A DNA stretch of 64,000 nt from an uncultured delta proteobacterium (lineage in GTDB: Bacteria > Myxococcota_A > Polyangia > Fen-1088): assembly GCA_963737265.1 (NCBI GenBank), contig CAVTRY010000016.1, positions 96,001 through 160,000 of the forward strand. The letters are read 5' to 3'. Below, piece after piece: positions 19,943 to 28,874 of this stretch. Numbering within the stretch: the stretch's first letter is position 1; each line of letters opens with the position of its first letter. The translations under genes and the position numbers were made by a program. The notes beneath the pieces were generated by a model that saw only the letters and a program-made list of their open reading frames with translations, was not told the origin of the DNA and ran no database searches.

Positions 19943-21209
19943 TGGGCTGGCCCAGTTGAACCCATGTTTTGCCGCTTGGCAAGACTACTTTGCCCGGCGC
20001 GCACGTCCGCCACGCATTCCACGTGCTGTGTTTGCGGAAACATGTCCAGCGGCGTGACGCGCCTTAATTCAAAGACACCGTCGCCGCATAAAATGTTCAA
20101 GTCCCGCGCCATCGTCGCCGGATGGCACGAGACATAAACAATTTGCGCCGGCTTCATTTCACGCAGGAATTGCAGCGTCCGCGGCAGACAACCCTTGCGC
20201 GGCGGGTCAAGAATGACCGCCGTCGTTTGCGGCGGAAAGCGCTTCAGCATCTCCGGCAAAACCTCCTCGACGGTCGCGGCGATGAACCGGCCGTTGCCGA
20301 CGTTGCGCGCCGCCGCGTTGCGCCGCGCCGATTGGATGGCGCGCTGGTCGTATTCAACCCCGACAAACGATTCAACCGCGTCCGCCAGTTCGATGCTGAA
20401 AAACCCGACGCCGCAATACAAATCCACCAGATGCCGCGCGCCGCCCGCGCGCAAAAATTCGCGGACGGTTTCAACCAGCTTCGGCAGCAGGAAAAAATTG
20501 TTCTGGAAAAACGAGTCCGGCGGCACGTCCCAGTTTTCCGGCGGAATCCGCAGCACGACCTTGATGCCGCCCTTCGGCGGCGGGTTTTGGCGGACGCGCC
20601 GGATTTCCTGATTGAGCGCCGGCTCGGCGATTTTGCATTCCTCGATGTCTTCGACCAGACCGCAGTCCCAGCGCACGAAGCCGATGTTCAGTTTTTGCTC
20701 CGGCTTGTTCCACTGGCTGCGGATCATGATGCGATTGCGGTAACCATACGGTTGCGGACAGGGCACGACCGGCCCGACCAGGTCGGGGGGAAATTTGCCG
20801 ACGCGCTCGAACAGATCGGCGATTTGCTTTTGTTTGAGCCGCAACTGCGCCGCGTACTCCACGTGCTGATACTGGCAGCCGCCGCACGCGCCAAAGTAGC
20901 GGCAGGCCGGTTCGACGCGTTCCGGTGACGGTTGCACGACGCGCAACAGCCTGGCGCGGGCAAAATTTTTTTTCACCTCCCTGATTTCCACGGCGACGAC
21001 TTCGCCCACCAGCACAAACGGCACGAACACAACAAAGGAGTCGAGAGTCGAAAGTCGAGGGTCGAGGGCGCTGGCGCCAGTCGGGAGAAGGTTCTGCCTT
21101 CGACTCCCGACTCTCGTCGCTCGGCACACTTGACGCGCCCGACGCCTTCGCCGCCGAACGCGATGTCGTGAATCGTCAAGGTGAACTGGTCGCCGATTTT
21201 GAGGGGCAC
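19939..21209 (-). CDS. rlmD: TRAM-domain RNA m5U methyltransferase (RlmD/TrmA family), with palindromic insert and frameshift
   Basis: IHDIAFGGEGVGR in one frame; VFVPF, CRYFGACGGCQYQH, FFQNN, DLYCGVG, LDPPRKG, YVSCHPAT, DMFPQTQHVE in another. Confidence 0.85.
21038..21131. repeat. Heptamer-periodic palindromic element inside rlmD
   Basis: GAGTCGA GAGTCGA AAGTCGA GGGTCGA arm is complementary to the TCGACTC CCGACTC TCG arm. Confidence 0.75.
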
Positions 21210-21311
21210 GCGGAGAGATTAGGTGACCGGTGACCGGTGACAAGCGGCAAGAGAAAATAAACCCGCGTCAAAATTCAAAATTCGTCGCCCGTCGCCCGCC
21301 GTCATTCTTTT

Positions 21312-21510
21312 TCAGCCGGCGGGCTTGCTTTTTTCCGCGATGGCTTGGGAGAAGATGGCGAGCACTTCGGCGCGGGACACGGACCCGACGAGCCGTTTTT
21401 CCTCCGGGCTGTTGACCACGGGCACGTTGCGCAGTTCGTTTTCCAGCACGATCGGCAGCGCGTCGAGCAACCGTTGGCCGGGCGTGAGGAATTTTGGCGG
21501 CGGCCGCATC
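21312..21510 (-). pseudogene. C-terminal CBS-domain fragment (chloride-channel-like), 5'-truncated
   Basis: MRPPPKFLTPGQRLLDAL..NVPVVN..RLVGSVSRAEVL; upstream sequence is the rhs antisense strand. Confidence 0.7.
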
Positions 21511-21512
21511 GC

Positions 21513-23252
21513 CGCATCGTGAAAGAGGTGCAAGGCGAAGACACCGTGGAAAGCGCCTTCGACCTGCTCGGCCTGCGCAGCCGCATGAAGACCAGCAAGG
21601 GGCACGTGCTGGAGATCGAGCGCAACCTCGTCGGCGACGTAGTGGGCATGAAGGCCGGCGGCGGCCCGGTTGCACCAGGTAGCGCGCCCGCCGCGCAGGC
21701 CGCCCTGCCACCCTGGGAAGCCCGCTTCACCCGCGATCAGCTTGGTCTAGAGGTCGAGCGCACCTTGCCCGGCGGCGTGCGAGCCCGCTGGGAGCGCGAC
21801 AGCGTCGGCCGCCCCGTCAAGCACGAGATCTGGTCTGGCACCACGATGGTGTCCGCCCAGTCCTACACCTGGGAGCCCAACGACCGTCTCAAGATGATCA
21901 TCGATGCCCTCAAGGGCCCCGTGCAGTACCGCCACGACGGCCTGGGCAACCTGATCGGCGCAGCCTACGCCGACGACAAGATCGACCTGCGCATGCCCGA
22001 CGCCGTCGGCAACCTGTTCAAGACCACCGACAAGAAAGACCGCAAGTACGGCCCCGCCGGCCAACTGCTGGAATCGCGCGGCCCCGACGGCGTCACGAAG
22101 TACGAGTACGACCCCGAAGGCAACCTAGCCAAGAAGATCCTGCCCGACGGCGGCGAGTGGAAATACGAGTGGAGCGGCGCCGGCATGCTGGCCAAGGTCA
22201 TCCGCCCCGACGGCAAGACGGTAGAATTCGGCTACGACGCCCTCGGCCGCCGGGTCTGGAAGAAATACGGCGCCAAGACCACCAAGTGGATCTGGGACGG
22301 CAACGTCCCCGTGCACGAATGGGTCGAGGTGGATCCGTCCGTGGAAGCCCCGCCGTCGCAGCAAGAAGCCGTGGAATGGGAAACCGGGCTGACCGCCCGC
22401 AAATTCATGCTGACCAAGCGCTTCGCGCAAGGTCCCCCCTTGTCCGATCCCCTCTCCCACTGGGAGAGGGCTAGGGTGAGGGAAAATGCGACGGGAACAG
22501 CCGCCGCCCCCATCACCTGGGTTTTCGAGCCCGAGTCTTTCGCCCCCCTCGCCAAACTGACCGCCACCGAGCGCTTCGGCATCGTCACCGACCACCTCGG
22601 CACACCCACCGCGATGATCGACGAGCGGGGGAAGACGGTGTGGGGTGCGGACATCGGTGTGTACGGCGACTTGCGAAACGTCGTCGGTGAGAAGGCGGCG
22701 TGTCCGTTTAGGTGGCCCGGGCAGTACGAGGACGAAGAGACGGGGCTGTATTACAACCGGTTCCGGTATTACGACCCGGGGGCAGGGGAGTATGCCAGCC
22801 AGGATCCGATTGGGTTGCGCGGAGGATTTCACTTCGCATCGTATGCGAACGATCCTCTGACGCTCACGGACCCATTGGGTCTGAGCTGCTTGCCACCTGA
22901 TCCTGAGGTTGCCGATGCAATTGCATCGGGACGCCCCATCGTCGTGGTTGGCAGACGCATGTCACGCGTTGATCCCGTTCGCGATGCACTTCGCGCGGCA
23001 GGTGCAAACGTGGAGACATATGAGCCCCGCATTTTCCGTTCCACACCGGCCGCGGTCAATCCGAAGGACGTCAAGGCAAATCGACAATGGATAAGGTATT
23101 GGGCCAAGGACAAGAAGGCGCTTGTCGTTGATATAGGCCATGATCCGAAAGCTCCAGCCGACTCCTCACCGTTCTACGACGTCGAACGGCGAAGCTTGTA
23201 CAACAACTGGAAGGGTGATGTTGACGTTGTTCAATTCGATCCAGGGTTCTGA
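21513..23252 (+). CDS. Rhs cassette 1 (5'-truncated core + toxin family A)
   Basis: YD repeats, RWPGQYEDEETGLYYNRFRYYDP, DPIGL..DPLGL cleavage motif, then a lower-GC tip. Confidence 0.92.
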   Translation, partial: RIVKEVQGEDTVESAFDLLGLRSRMKTSKGHVLEIERNLVGDVVGMKAGGGPVAPGSAPAAQAALPPWEARFTRDQLGLEVERTLPGGVRARWERDSVGRPVKHEIWSGTTMVSAQSYTWEPNDRLKMIIDALKGPVQYRHDGLGNLIGAAYADDKIDLRMPDAVGNLFKTTDKKDRKYGPAGQLLESRGPDGVTKYEYDPEGNLAKKILPDGGEWKYEWSGAGMLAKVIRPDGKTVEFGYDALGRRVWKKYGAKTTKWIWDGNVPVHEWVEVDPSVEAPPSQQEAVEWETGLTARKFMLTKRFAQGPPLSDPLSHWERARVRENATGTAAAPITWVFEPESFAPLAKLTATERFGIVTDHLGTPTAMIDERGKTVWGADIGVYGDLRNVVGEKAACPFRWPGQYEDEETGLYYNRFRYYDPGAGEYASQDPIGLRGGFHFASYANDPLTLTDPLGLSCLPPDPEVADAIASGRPIVVVGRRMSRVDPVRDALRAAGANVETYEPRIFRSTPAAVNPKDVKANRQWIRYWAKDKKALVVDIGHDPKAPADSSPFYDVERRSLYNNWKGDVDVVQFDPGF

Positions 23253-23254
23253 AC

Positions 23255-23761
23255 ATGAGCGATGATATGCTGACCCAGATCAAGAGGCGCTTCGGTGACT
23301 CTGTCGAGTCAAGTTTCTCCTTTCTCGAAACTGACTTTGCTTTCTCCAAGTGCGGGCTTCAAGAGCTTGACCTCTCTGACATACGCGATGCCACCCTACA
23401 CTGCCGCTTTCTTCTCGCGACGATTCAAATTGAGGTGAGATTGGGCCTCGCCATCCTTCAGCCGGGCGTGTACATTCGGCAATTTCGACACTCAGCTGAA
23501 TGCTCCGTGGATGCGGCAACTACAGTGATTGTACTGGAGCAGTTTGCGCTATCCCGTCGGCTCATTCTGAAGCCACCTCTGCCATGGATGCACACATTGA
23601 CCTTCTATGATGAGGCTGCAAAGTCCTATCGACGCTTCGCCAAGAACATGTCTTTGCACCTTGAGGAGGCAGTTCGGTATCTCGGAGGGTTACTTTTTGC
23701 CCTAACCCCTGAGCTTCTGGCAGAGCTGCACGTGGTTCTGACCAAGGGCAGTTCGCGTTGA
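23255..23761 (+). CDS. Putative immunity protein, family A
   Basis: Starts 2 nt after the toxin stop, lower GC, similar by eye to 23926, 27313 and 45104. Confidence 0.78.
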   Translation: MSDDMLTQIKRRFGDSVESSFSFLETDFAFSKCGLQELDLSDIRDATLHCRFLLATIQIEVRLGLAILQPGVYIRQFRHSAECSVDAATTVIVLEQFALSRRLILKPPLPWMHTLTFYDEAAKSYRRFAKNMSLHLEEAVRYLGGLLFALTPELLAELHVVLTKGSSR

Positions 23762-23785
23762 CACCACCATTCGCGCGCCGCATGA

Positions 23786-23923
23786 GGAGCACTGGTTGTT
23801 GACATCGGCGACAATCCCAATCCGAAGGTAGGCCCATCTCCATTCTACGACCTAGAAAAGCGCAGCCTCTACAACAACTGGGCGGGAGATGCGGACGTAG
23901 TAAAGCATGATCCAGGCTTTTAG
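23786..23923 (+). pseudogene. Orphan toxin-tip remnant, family A (45 aa)
   Basis: GALVVDIGDNPNPKVGPSPFYDLEKRSLYNNWAGDADVVKHDPGF*, homologous to the end of cassette 1; preceded by an in-frame TGA. Confidence 0.88.
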
Positions 23924-23925
23924 AG

Positions 23926-24399
23926 ATGAAATCGACATCATCAGTAGACTTGGCGCCGCTACGCAAAAGGTTTTCCAGTTCAATCGAGAACCACTTCCGA
24001 CCCGCACTCGAACGGATTGGGTATTGCTACTGTGGAATCTCTATTGTGGATGCGGATGACCCGCGAGAGACAGGCCTAGTAGCGCGATTCATTCGCGGGC
24101 AGATTGCCATCACCGTTGGCATTCATTCCGTGGCCCTAACAGTATTGGTGGCAAGGAACGAGTACCCCGCAGCTGCCACCTGCGACGAATCCCAGCCACC
24201 GATTCGAGTCATTTCGCTCGAAAGCATCGCCAGCCCTGCGCCCGCAAAGGTTATCTTTCCAAGTTGGTTGCGGCACAGGTCCTTGTCCGAAGAGGCGATG
24301 GCCTCTTTCGCGAGGTTCTGGCGAAAAATGGACAGTCATTTCGATGAAGCCTTTGAGTACCTGGCCAAGCGAGCATGTCAAACGCCCGACTTCCTATGA
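23926..24399 (+). CDS. Orphan immunity protein, family A
   Basis: Follows the toxin remnant; clear paralog of 27313-27771 (LRxRF..IExHF..GY..CGI..RFIR..HFDEAFxYLAxRA..TPxFL). Confidence 0.82.
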   Translation: MKSTSSVDLAPLRKRFSSSIENHFRPALERIGYCYCGISIVDADDPRETGLVARFIRGQIAITVGIHSVALTVLVARNEYPAAATCDESQPPIRVISLESIASPAPAKVIFPSWLRHRSLSEEAMASFARFWRKMDSHFDEAFEYLAKRACQTPDFL

Positions 24400-24751
24400 T
24401 TTCCCCTGGGGTGGTGCCGACCGAAGGTAATTTCTGTCGCCACCGCTGTCCGGAAACCGCGCGTGGGTGGTGTGCGTGGGTGGTGCGGGTGGTGCGCTTG
24501 GGTGGTGCGCTTGGGTGGTGCCAGAGTTTTCCTGGTGAACATCTCCCCGCGCTTGGGTGGTTCCAGAGTTTTCCTGGTGAACATCCCAACATCCCCGACC
24601 GAAGGTAATTTCTGTCGCCACCGCTGTCCGGAAACCGGACAATCTCGGCGTCATGAAGTAGCATTTCGCCGTGCCACTGGCGACTTCCGCGTTCCTGCTG
24701 CTCTTGACGTCGAGCGGTGTTGCCCTGGCATGCCCCGAGAACGCGGGGACT
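24400..24751 (+). mobile_element. Minimal junction element E0 (repeats + leader, no transposase)
   Basis: (CGCTT)GGGTGGTG tandem units, GGTGCCAGAGTTTT motif, a direct repeat of about 42 bp (24417/24595), and a diverged copy of the CCGGACAA..TGAAGTAGCAT..CCCGAGAAC leader. Confidence 0.7.
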
Positions 24752-27289
24752 GTGCCCGCGCCCGAGGCCGAGGCCTTCGTCGAGTACATCCGCTACGACT
24801 ACTCGCCCGAGGGCGACCTGGTCGCCACCACCGATGTCCTTGGGCGCGCCGCCAGCCTCAGCGCGGCCAAGCGCATGGTCGGCTTCACCGACCCGGCCAG
24901 CGGACAGACGACGCTGGAATACGACCGCCAGGGGTTGCTGGTCGGGATGCGCATGCCGAACGGGGCGCAGACGCGCTGGCGCTACGACCGCCTCGGCCGC
25001 TGCATCGAGGCCATCGACACCAAGGGCAACCGCGAGCGGCGCGAATTCGATCTGGCCGGCCACATCCTGCGCGTCGACGTCCCCGACGGCAACGTGCGCA
25101 AGCTCGGCTACGATGCCGAAGGCAACGTGGTGGCGGTCAAGGACCAGCACTACGACGTGAGGTTCGCCTACCAGGGCATGGGCCGCCTGGCCTCGCGCAC
25201 GCAAGAAGGCACCACGGTCGCGTTCGAGTACGACAGCGAAGAATCATTGGTGGCCATCCACAACGAAGCCGGCGCCGTGTACCGCTTCACCCTGGACAAG
25301 GCCGGCAACGTCAAGGAAGAGAGCGGCTTCGACGGACTTCTGCGCAAATACGGCCGCGACAAGGCCGGCCGCGTGCTGACCGTCGAGCGGCCCGACGAGC
25401 GCGCGACTGAGTACAGCTACGACACCGGCGGCCGCGTGGTCGCGGTCAAGTACAGCGACGGCACAGGTGAAGAGTACGGCTACCGCCCCGACGGTGCCTT
25501 GATGGCGGCGATCAATGCCGCCGCCGCGGTCAAATTCGAGCGCGATGCCCTGGGCCGCATCGTGAAGGAAGTTCAAGGCGAAGACACCGTGGAAAGCGCC
25601 TTCGACCTGCTCGGCCTGCGCAGCCGCATGAAGACCAGCAAGGGGCACGTGCTGGAGATCGCGCGCAACCTCGTCGGCGACGTAGTGGGCATGAAGGCCG
25701 GCGGCGGCCCGTTGGCACCAGGTAGCGCGTCCGCCGCGCAGGCCGCCCTGCCGCCTTGGGAAGCCCGCTTCACCCGCGATCAGCTTGGTCTAGAGGTCGA
25801 GCGCACCTTGCCCGGCGGCGTGCGAGCCCGCTGGGAGCGCGACAGCGTCGGCCGCCCCGTCAAGCACGAGATCTGGTCCGGCACCACGATAGTGTCCGCC
25901 CAGTCCTACACCTGGGAGCCGAACGACCGCCTCAAGATGATCGTCGACGCCCTGCGCGGCCCCGTGCAGTACCGCCACGACGGCCTGGGCAACCTGATCG
26001 GTGCGGCCTACGCCGACGACAAGATCGACCTGCGCATGCCCGACGCCGTCGGCAACCTGTTCAAGACCACCGACAAGAAAGACCGCAAGTACGGCCCCGC
26101 CGGCCAGCTATCGGAATCGCGCGGCCCCGACGGCGTCACGAAGTACGAATACGACCCCGAAGGCAACCTAGCCAAGAAGATCCTGCCCGACGGCGGCGAG
26201 TGGAAATACGAGTGGAGCGGCGCCGGCATGCTGGCCAAGGTCATCCGCCCCGACGGCAAGACGGTAGAATTCGGCTACGACGCCCTCGGCCGCCGGGTCT
26301 GGAAGAAATACGGCGCCAAGACCACCAAGTGGATCTGGGACGGCAACGTCCCCGTGCATGAATGGGTCGAGGTGGATCCGTCCGTGGCAGCTCCGCCATC
26401 GCAGCAAGAAGCCGTGGAATGGGAAACCGGGCTGACCGCCCGCAAATTCATGCTGACCAAGCGCTTCGCGCAAGGTCCCCCCTTGTCCGATCCCCTCTCC
26501 CACTGGGAGAGGGCTAGGGTGAGGGAAAATGCGACGGGAACAGCCGCCGCCCCCATCACCTGGGTTTTCGAGCCCGAGTCTTTCGCCCCCCTCGCCAAAC
26601 TGACCGCCACCGAGCGCTTCGGCATCGTCACCGACCACCTCGGCACACCCACCGCGATGATCGACGAGCGGGGGAAGACGGTGTGGGGTGCGGACATCGG
26701 TGTGTACGGCGACTTGCGAAACGTCGTCGGTGAGAAGGCGGCGTGTCCGTTTAGGTGGCCCGGGCAGTACGAGGACGAAGAGACGGGGCTGTATTACAAC
26801 CGGTTCCGGTATTACGACCCGGGGGCAGGGGAGTATGCCAGCCAGGATCCGATTGGGTTGCGCGGAGGATTTCACTTCGCATCGTATGCGAACGATCCTC
26901 TGACGCTCACGGACCCATTGGGTCTGAGCTGCTTGCCACCTGATCCTGAGGTTGCCGATGCAATTGCATCGGGACGCCCCATCGTCGTGGTTGGCAGACG
27001 CATGTCACGCGTTGATCCCGTTCGCGATGCACTTCGCGCGGCAGGTGCAAACGTGAAGACATATGAGCCCCGCAATTTCCGTTCCAAGACCTCCTTGGAC
27101 CCGAAGGACGTGGAGGCAAATCGAGAGTGGATCAGGTATTGGTCCAAGAAGAAGGGAGCATTGGTCGTTGACATAGGAAATGATCCCGACCCCACAACCA
27201 CACCGTCGGCATTCTATGAAGTCGAAAAGAGGAGTCTCGGAAGCTGGGCTCCTGATGTCGACGTCGTGAAATTCAATCCGGGATTCTAG
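24671..27289 (+). CDS. Rhs cassette 2 (leader-fused, internally deleted; toxin family A variant)
   Basis: Leader joins an internal rhs position (VPAPEAEAF); in-frame deletion at about 24850 relative to cassettes 3/4; intact core and DPLGL. Confidence 0.9.
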   Translation: MPLATSAFLLLLTSSGVALACPENAGTVPAPEAEAFVEYIRYDYSPEGDLVATTDVLGRAASLSAAKRMVGFTDPASGQTTLEYDRQGLLVGMRMPNGAQTRWRYDRLGRCIEAIDTKGNRERREFDLAGHILRVDVPDGNVRKLGYDAEGNVVAVKDQHYDVRFAYQGMGRLASRTQEGTTVAFEYDSEESLVAIHNEAGAVYRFTLDKAGNVKEESGFDGLLRKYGRDKAGRVLTVERPDERATEYSYDTGGRVVAVKYSDGTGEEYGYRPDGALMAAINAAAAVKFERDALGRIVKEVQGEDTVESAFDLLGLRSRMKTSKGHVLEIARNLVGDVVGMKAGGGPLAPGSASAAQAALPPWEARFTRDQLGLEVERTLPGGVRARWERDSVGRPVKHEIWSGTTIVSAQSYTWEPNDRLKMIVDALRGPVQYRHDGLGNLIGAAYADDKIDLRMPDAVGNLFKTTDKKDRKYGPAGQLSESRGPDGVTKYEYDPEGNLAKKILPDGGEWKYEWSGAGMLAKVIRPDGKTVEFGYDALGRRVWKKYGAKTTKWIWDGNVPVHEWVEVDPSVAAPPSQQEAVEWETGLTARKFMLTKRFAQGPPLSDPLSHWERARVRENATGTAAAPITWVFEPESFAPLAKLTATERFGIVTDHLGTPTAMIDERGKTVWGADIGVYGDLRNVVGEKAACPFRWPGQYEDEETGLYYNRFRYYDPGAGEYASQDPIGLRGGFHFASYANDPLTLTDPLGLSCLPPDPEVADAIASGRPIVVVGRRMSRVDPVRDALRAAGANVKTYEPRNFRSKTSLDPKDVEANREWIRYWSKKKGALVVDIGNDPDPTTTPSAFYEVEKRSLGSWAPDVDVVKFNPGF

Positions 27290-27312
27290 GGATGTGATAC
27301 GTGGGCTCGCCT

Positions 27313-27771
27313 ATGGATGAATTGGAAAAACTGCGCGAAAGGTTCGCAATCGCAATCGAGCGCCATTTCACGCCCATCCTGGTAGGGATGGGATACTCTC
27401 AATGCGGTATCGTTCTCCTAGAGGTAGAAGAAAGGCGCGATACCGCGTTACGAACCCGCTTCATCCGCGACCGCGTCGCCATCGAAGTTGGCATTCTGTG
27501 CGTCGGTTTAACCGTGCGCGTGACGCGCAGTGAGTTTCTCACGCAGGCAACATGCGATTCTCATCAGCGGCCTTTTCGAGGAGTAAGTCTCGAACAAATC
27601 CCATCGGCAGGTACTCAGGCCTCTCGACCCCTTCGATGGATGCGACACCCGACTCTTGAAGAAGAGGCACTTGCATCGTTCACTAGGTTTGAACGAAACA
27701 TGAACGCCCATTTTGATGAGGCGTTTGCCTATCTAGCCGAACGGGCCAAGTCCACGCCCGGATTTCTTTGA
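27313..27771 (+). CDS. Putative immunity protein, family A
   Basis: Directly downstream of toxin 2; paralog of 23926-24399. Confidence 0.82.
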   Translation: MDELEKLRERFAIAIERHFTPILVGMGYSQCGIVLLEVEERRDTALRTRFIRDRVAIEVGILCVGLTVRVTRSEFLTQATCDSHQRPFRGVSLEQIPSAGTQASRPLRWMRHPTLEEEALASFTRFERNMNAHFDEAFAYLAERAKSTPGFL

Positions 27772-27836
27772 CCATGGGTCCACTTTCCGTGTCTGAGTCG
27801 ATTCCTATTGCATCCCCAACCGAAGTTGCATTTTGT

Positions 27837-28874
27837 CGCTTGGGTGGTGCCAGGGTCTTTCTGAAAACGGGACGAACGCTTGGGTGGTGCCAGGGTCTTT
27901 CTGACAACGGGACGAACGGCGTCCGAGATCGCCAGCGTTCGAGCGGATAGCGGACAAGGGCGAGGGTCAGGACGGCGGTTTTGTCGTGAAACCTGGCGGT
28001 TTCGAGCTGTCCAGGGCCAAGAGCGAGGCGGCGGAAGAGTGAGCCTCCATGCGCCGGCACACGCCGGACAGACCTGTTCCTTCTCTGCCGGCGGTCCAGT
28101 CCAATCACCACGAATCGAGACCTGCCCCGTCAGGCCGGTGCGTTGAACGGCAAGGCCGGCGGGAAAGCCCCGAGGGGAAACATCTCCCTGATCTCGCGGG
28201 CGCGGTCGCGCAGGCGCAGGGCTCCGGCGCGGAATGCGTCGACGAAGGCACGGTAGCGGATACGGAATTCCTGCTCCGTCGAGTCGTCGCTTGCGTGGAC
28301 GAAAGGTGCCGGGCTGCGATCGGTGGTTGTGGGCTTTGCGTGCGGATCTTGGGCGAGGATGGCGGCGACACCCATGGGAGACCGCCCCTTCTCCTTGTTT
28401 TCGGCCTCGGCCGTGGCCTGGATCTCGCCGACGATGCGGCGGCACTCGGCCTCACCACGTGGGGAGCCGGCCAGCTTTGCTGGCCGCGTACCATCGCGGG
28501 AAGGTTTGGAAACACTCCTAGGGTTTCCAAGTCAGAATCGGTCGGCGGTCAGGTGTTCCAGGCAGGGCAATGGAGTGAGCTCGAACGTCGAAGGTGGTCG
28601 CGAACTGCGACGGGAACACGGTCTCGCCACGCTGGCGGGTAAGAAACTCGGCGCTCCTGTCGAACCAGGTGCCACGCAGAATCTCGCCGGAGTGGCTGCG
28701 GCATGCCGGACTATCGGCAAGGGAAGGCGCAAAGTTGCCCCCGCCGACCTGACCCCGGACAACCTCCGCGTTCTGAAGTAGCATCTCGCCGTGCCTGTGG
28801 CGACGACCTCGATCCTGCTGCTCGTGGCGTTGAGCGCTGCTGCCCCGGCACGCCCCGAGAACGAAAGGACTGGC
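27837..28874 (-). mobile_element. Junction element E1: repeats + internally deleted Y1/HUH transposase (28130-28704) + leader
   Basis: Near-identical to E2 but lacks about 430 bp including the HUH and Tyr motifs; carries the 90-bp structured insert and a +1 A. Confidence 0.85.

Noticed and set aside
21345-21512. N-terminus of the 635-aa Rhs ORF
   Set aside because: It is the antisense of the CBS fragment across the junction, not rhs sequence.
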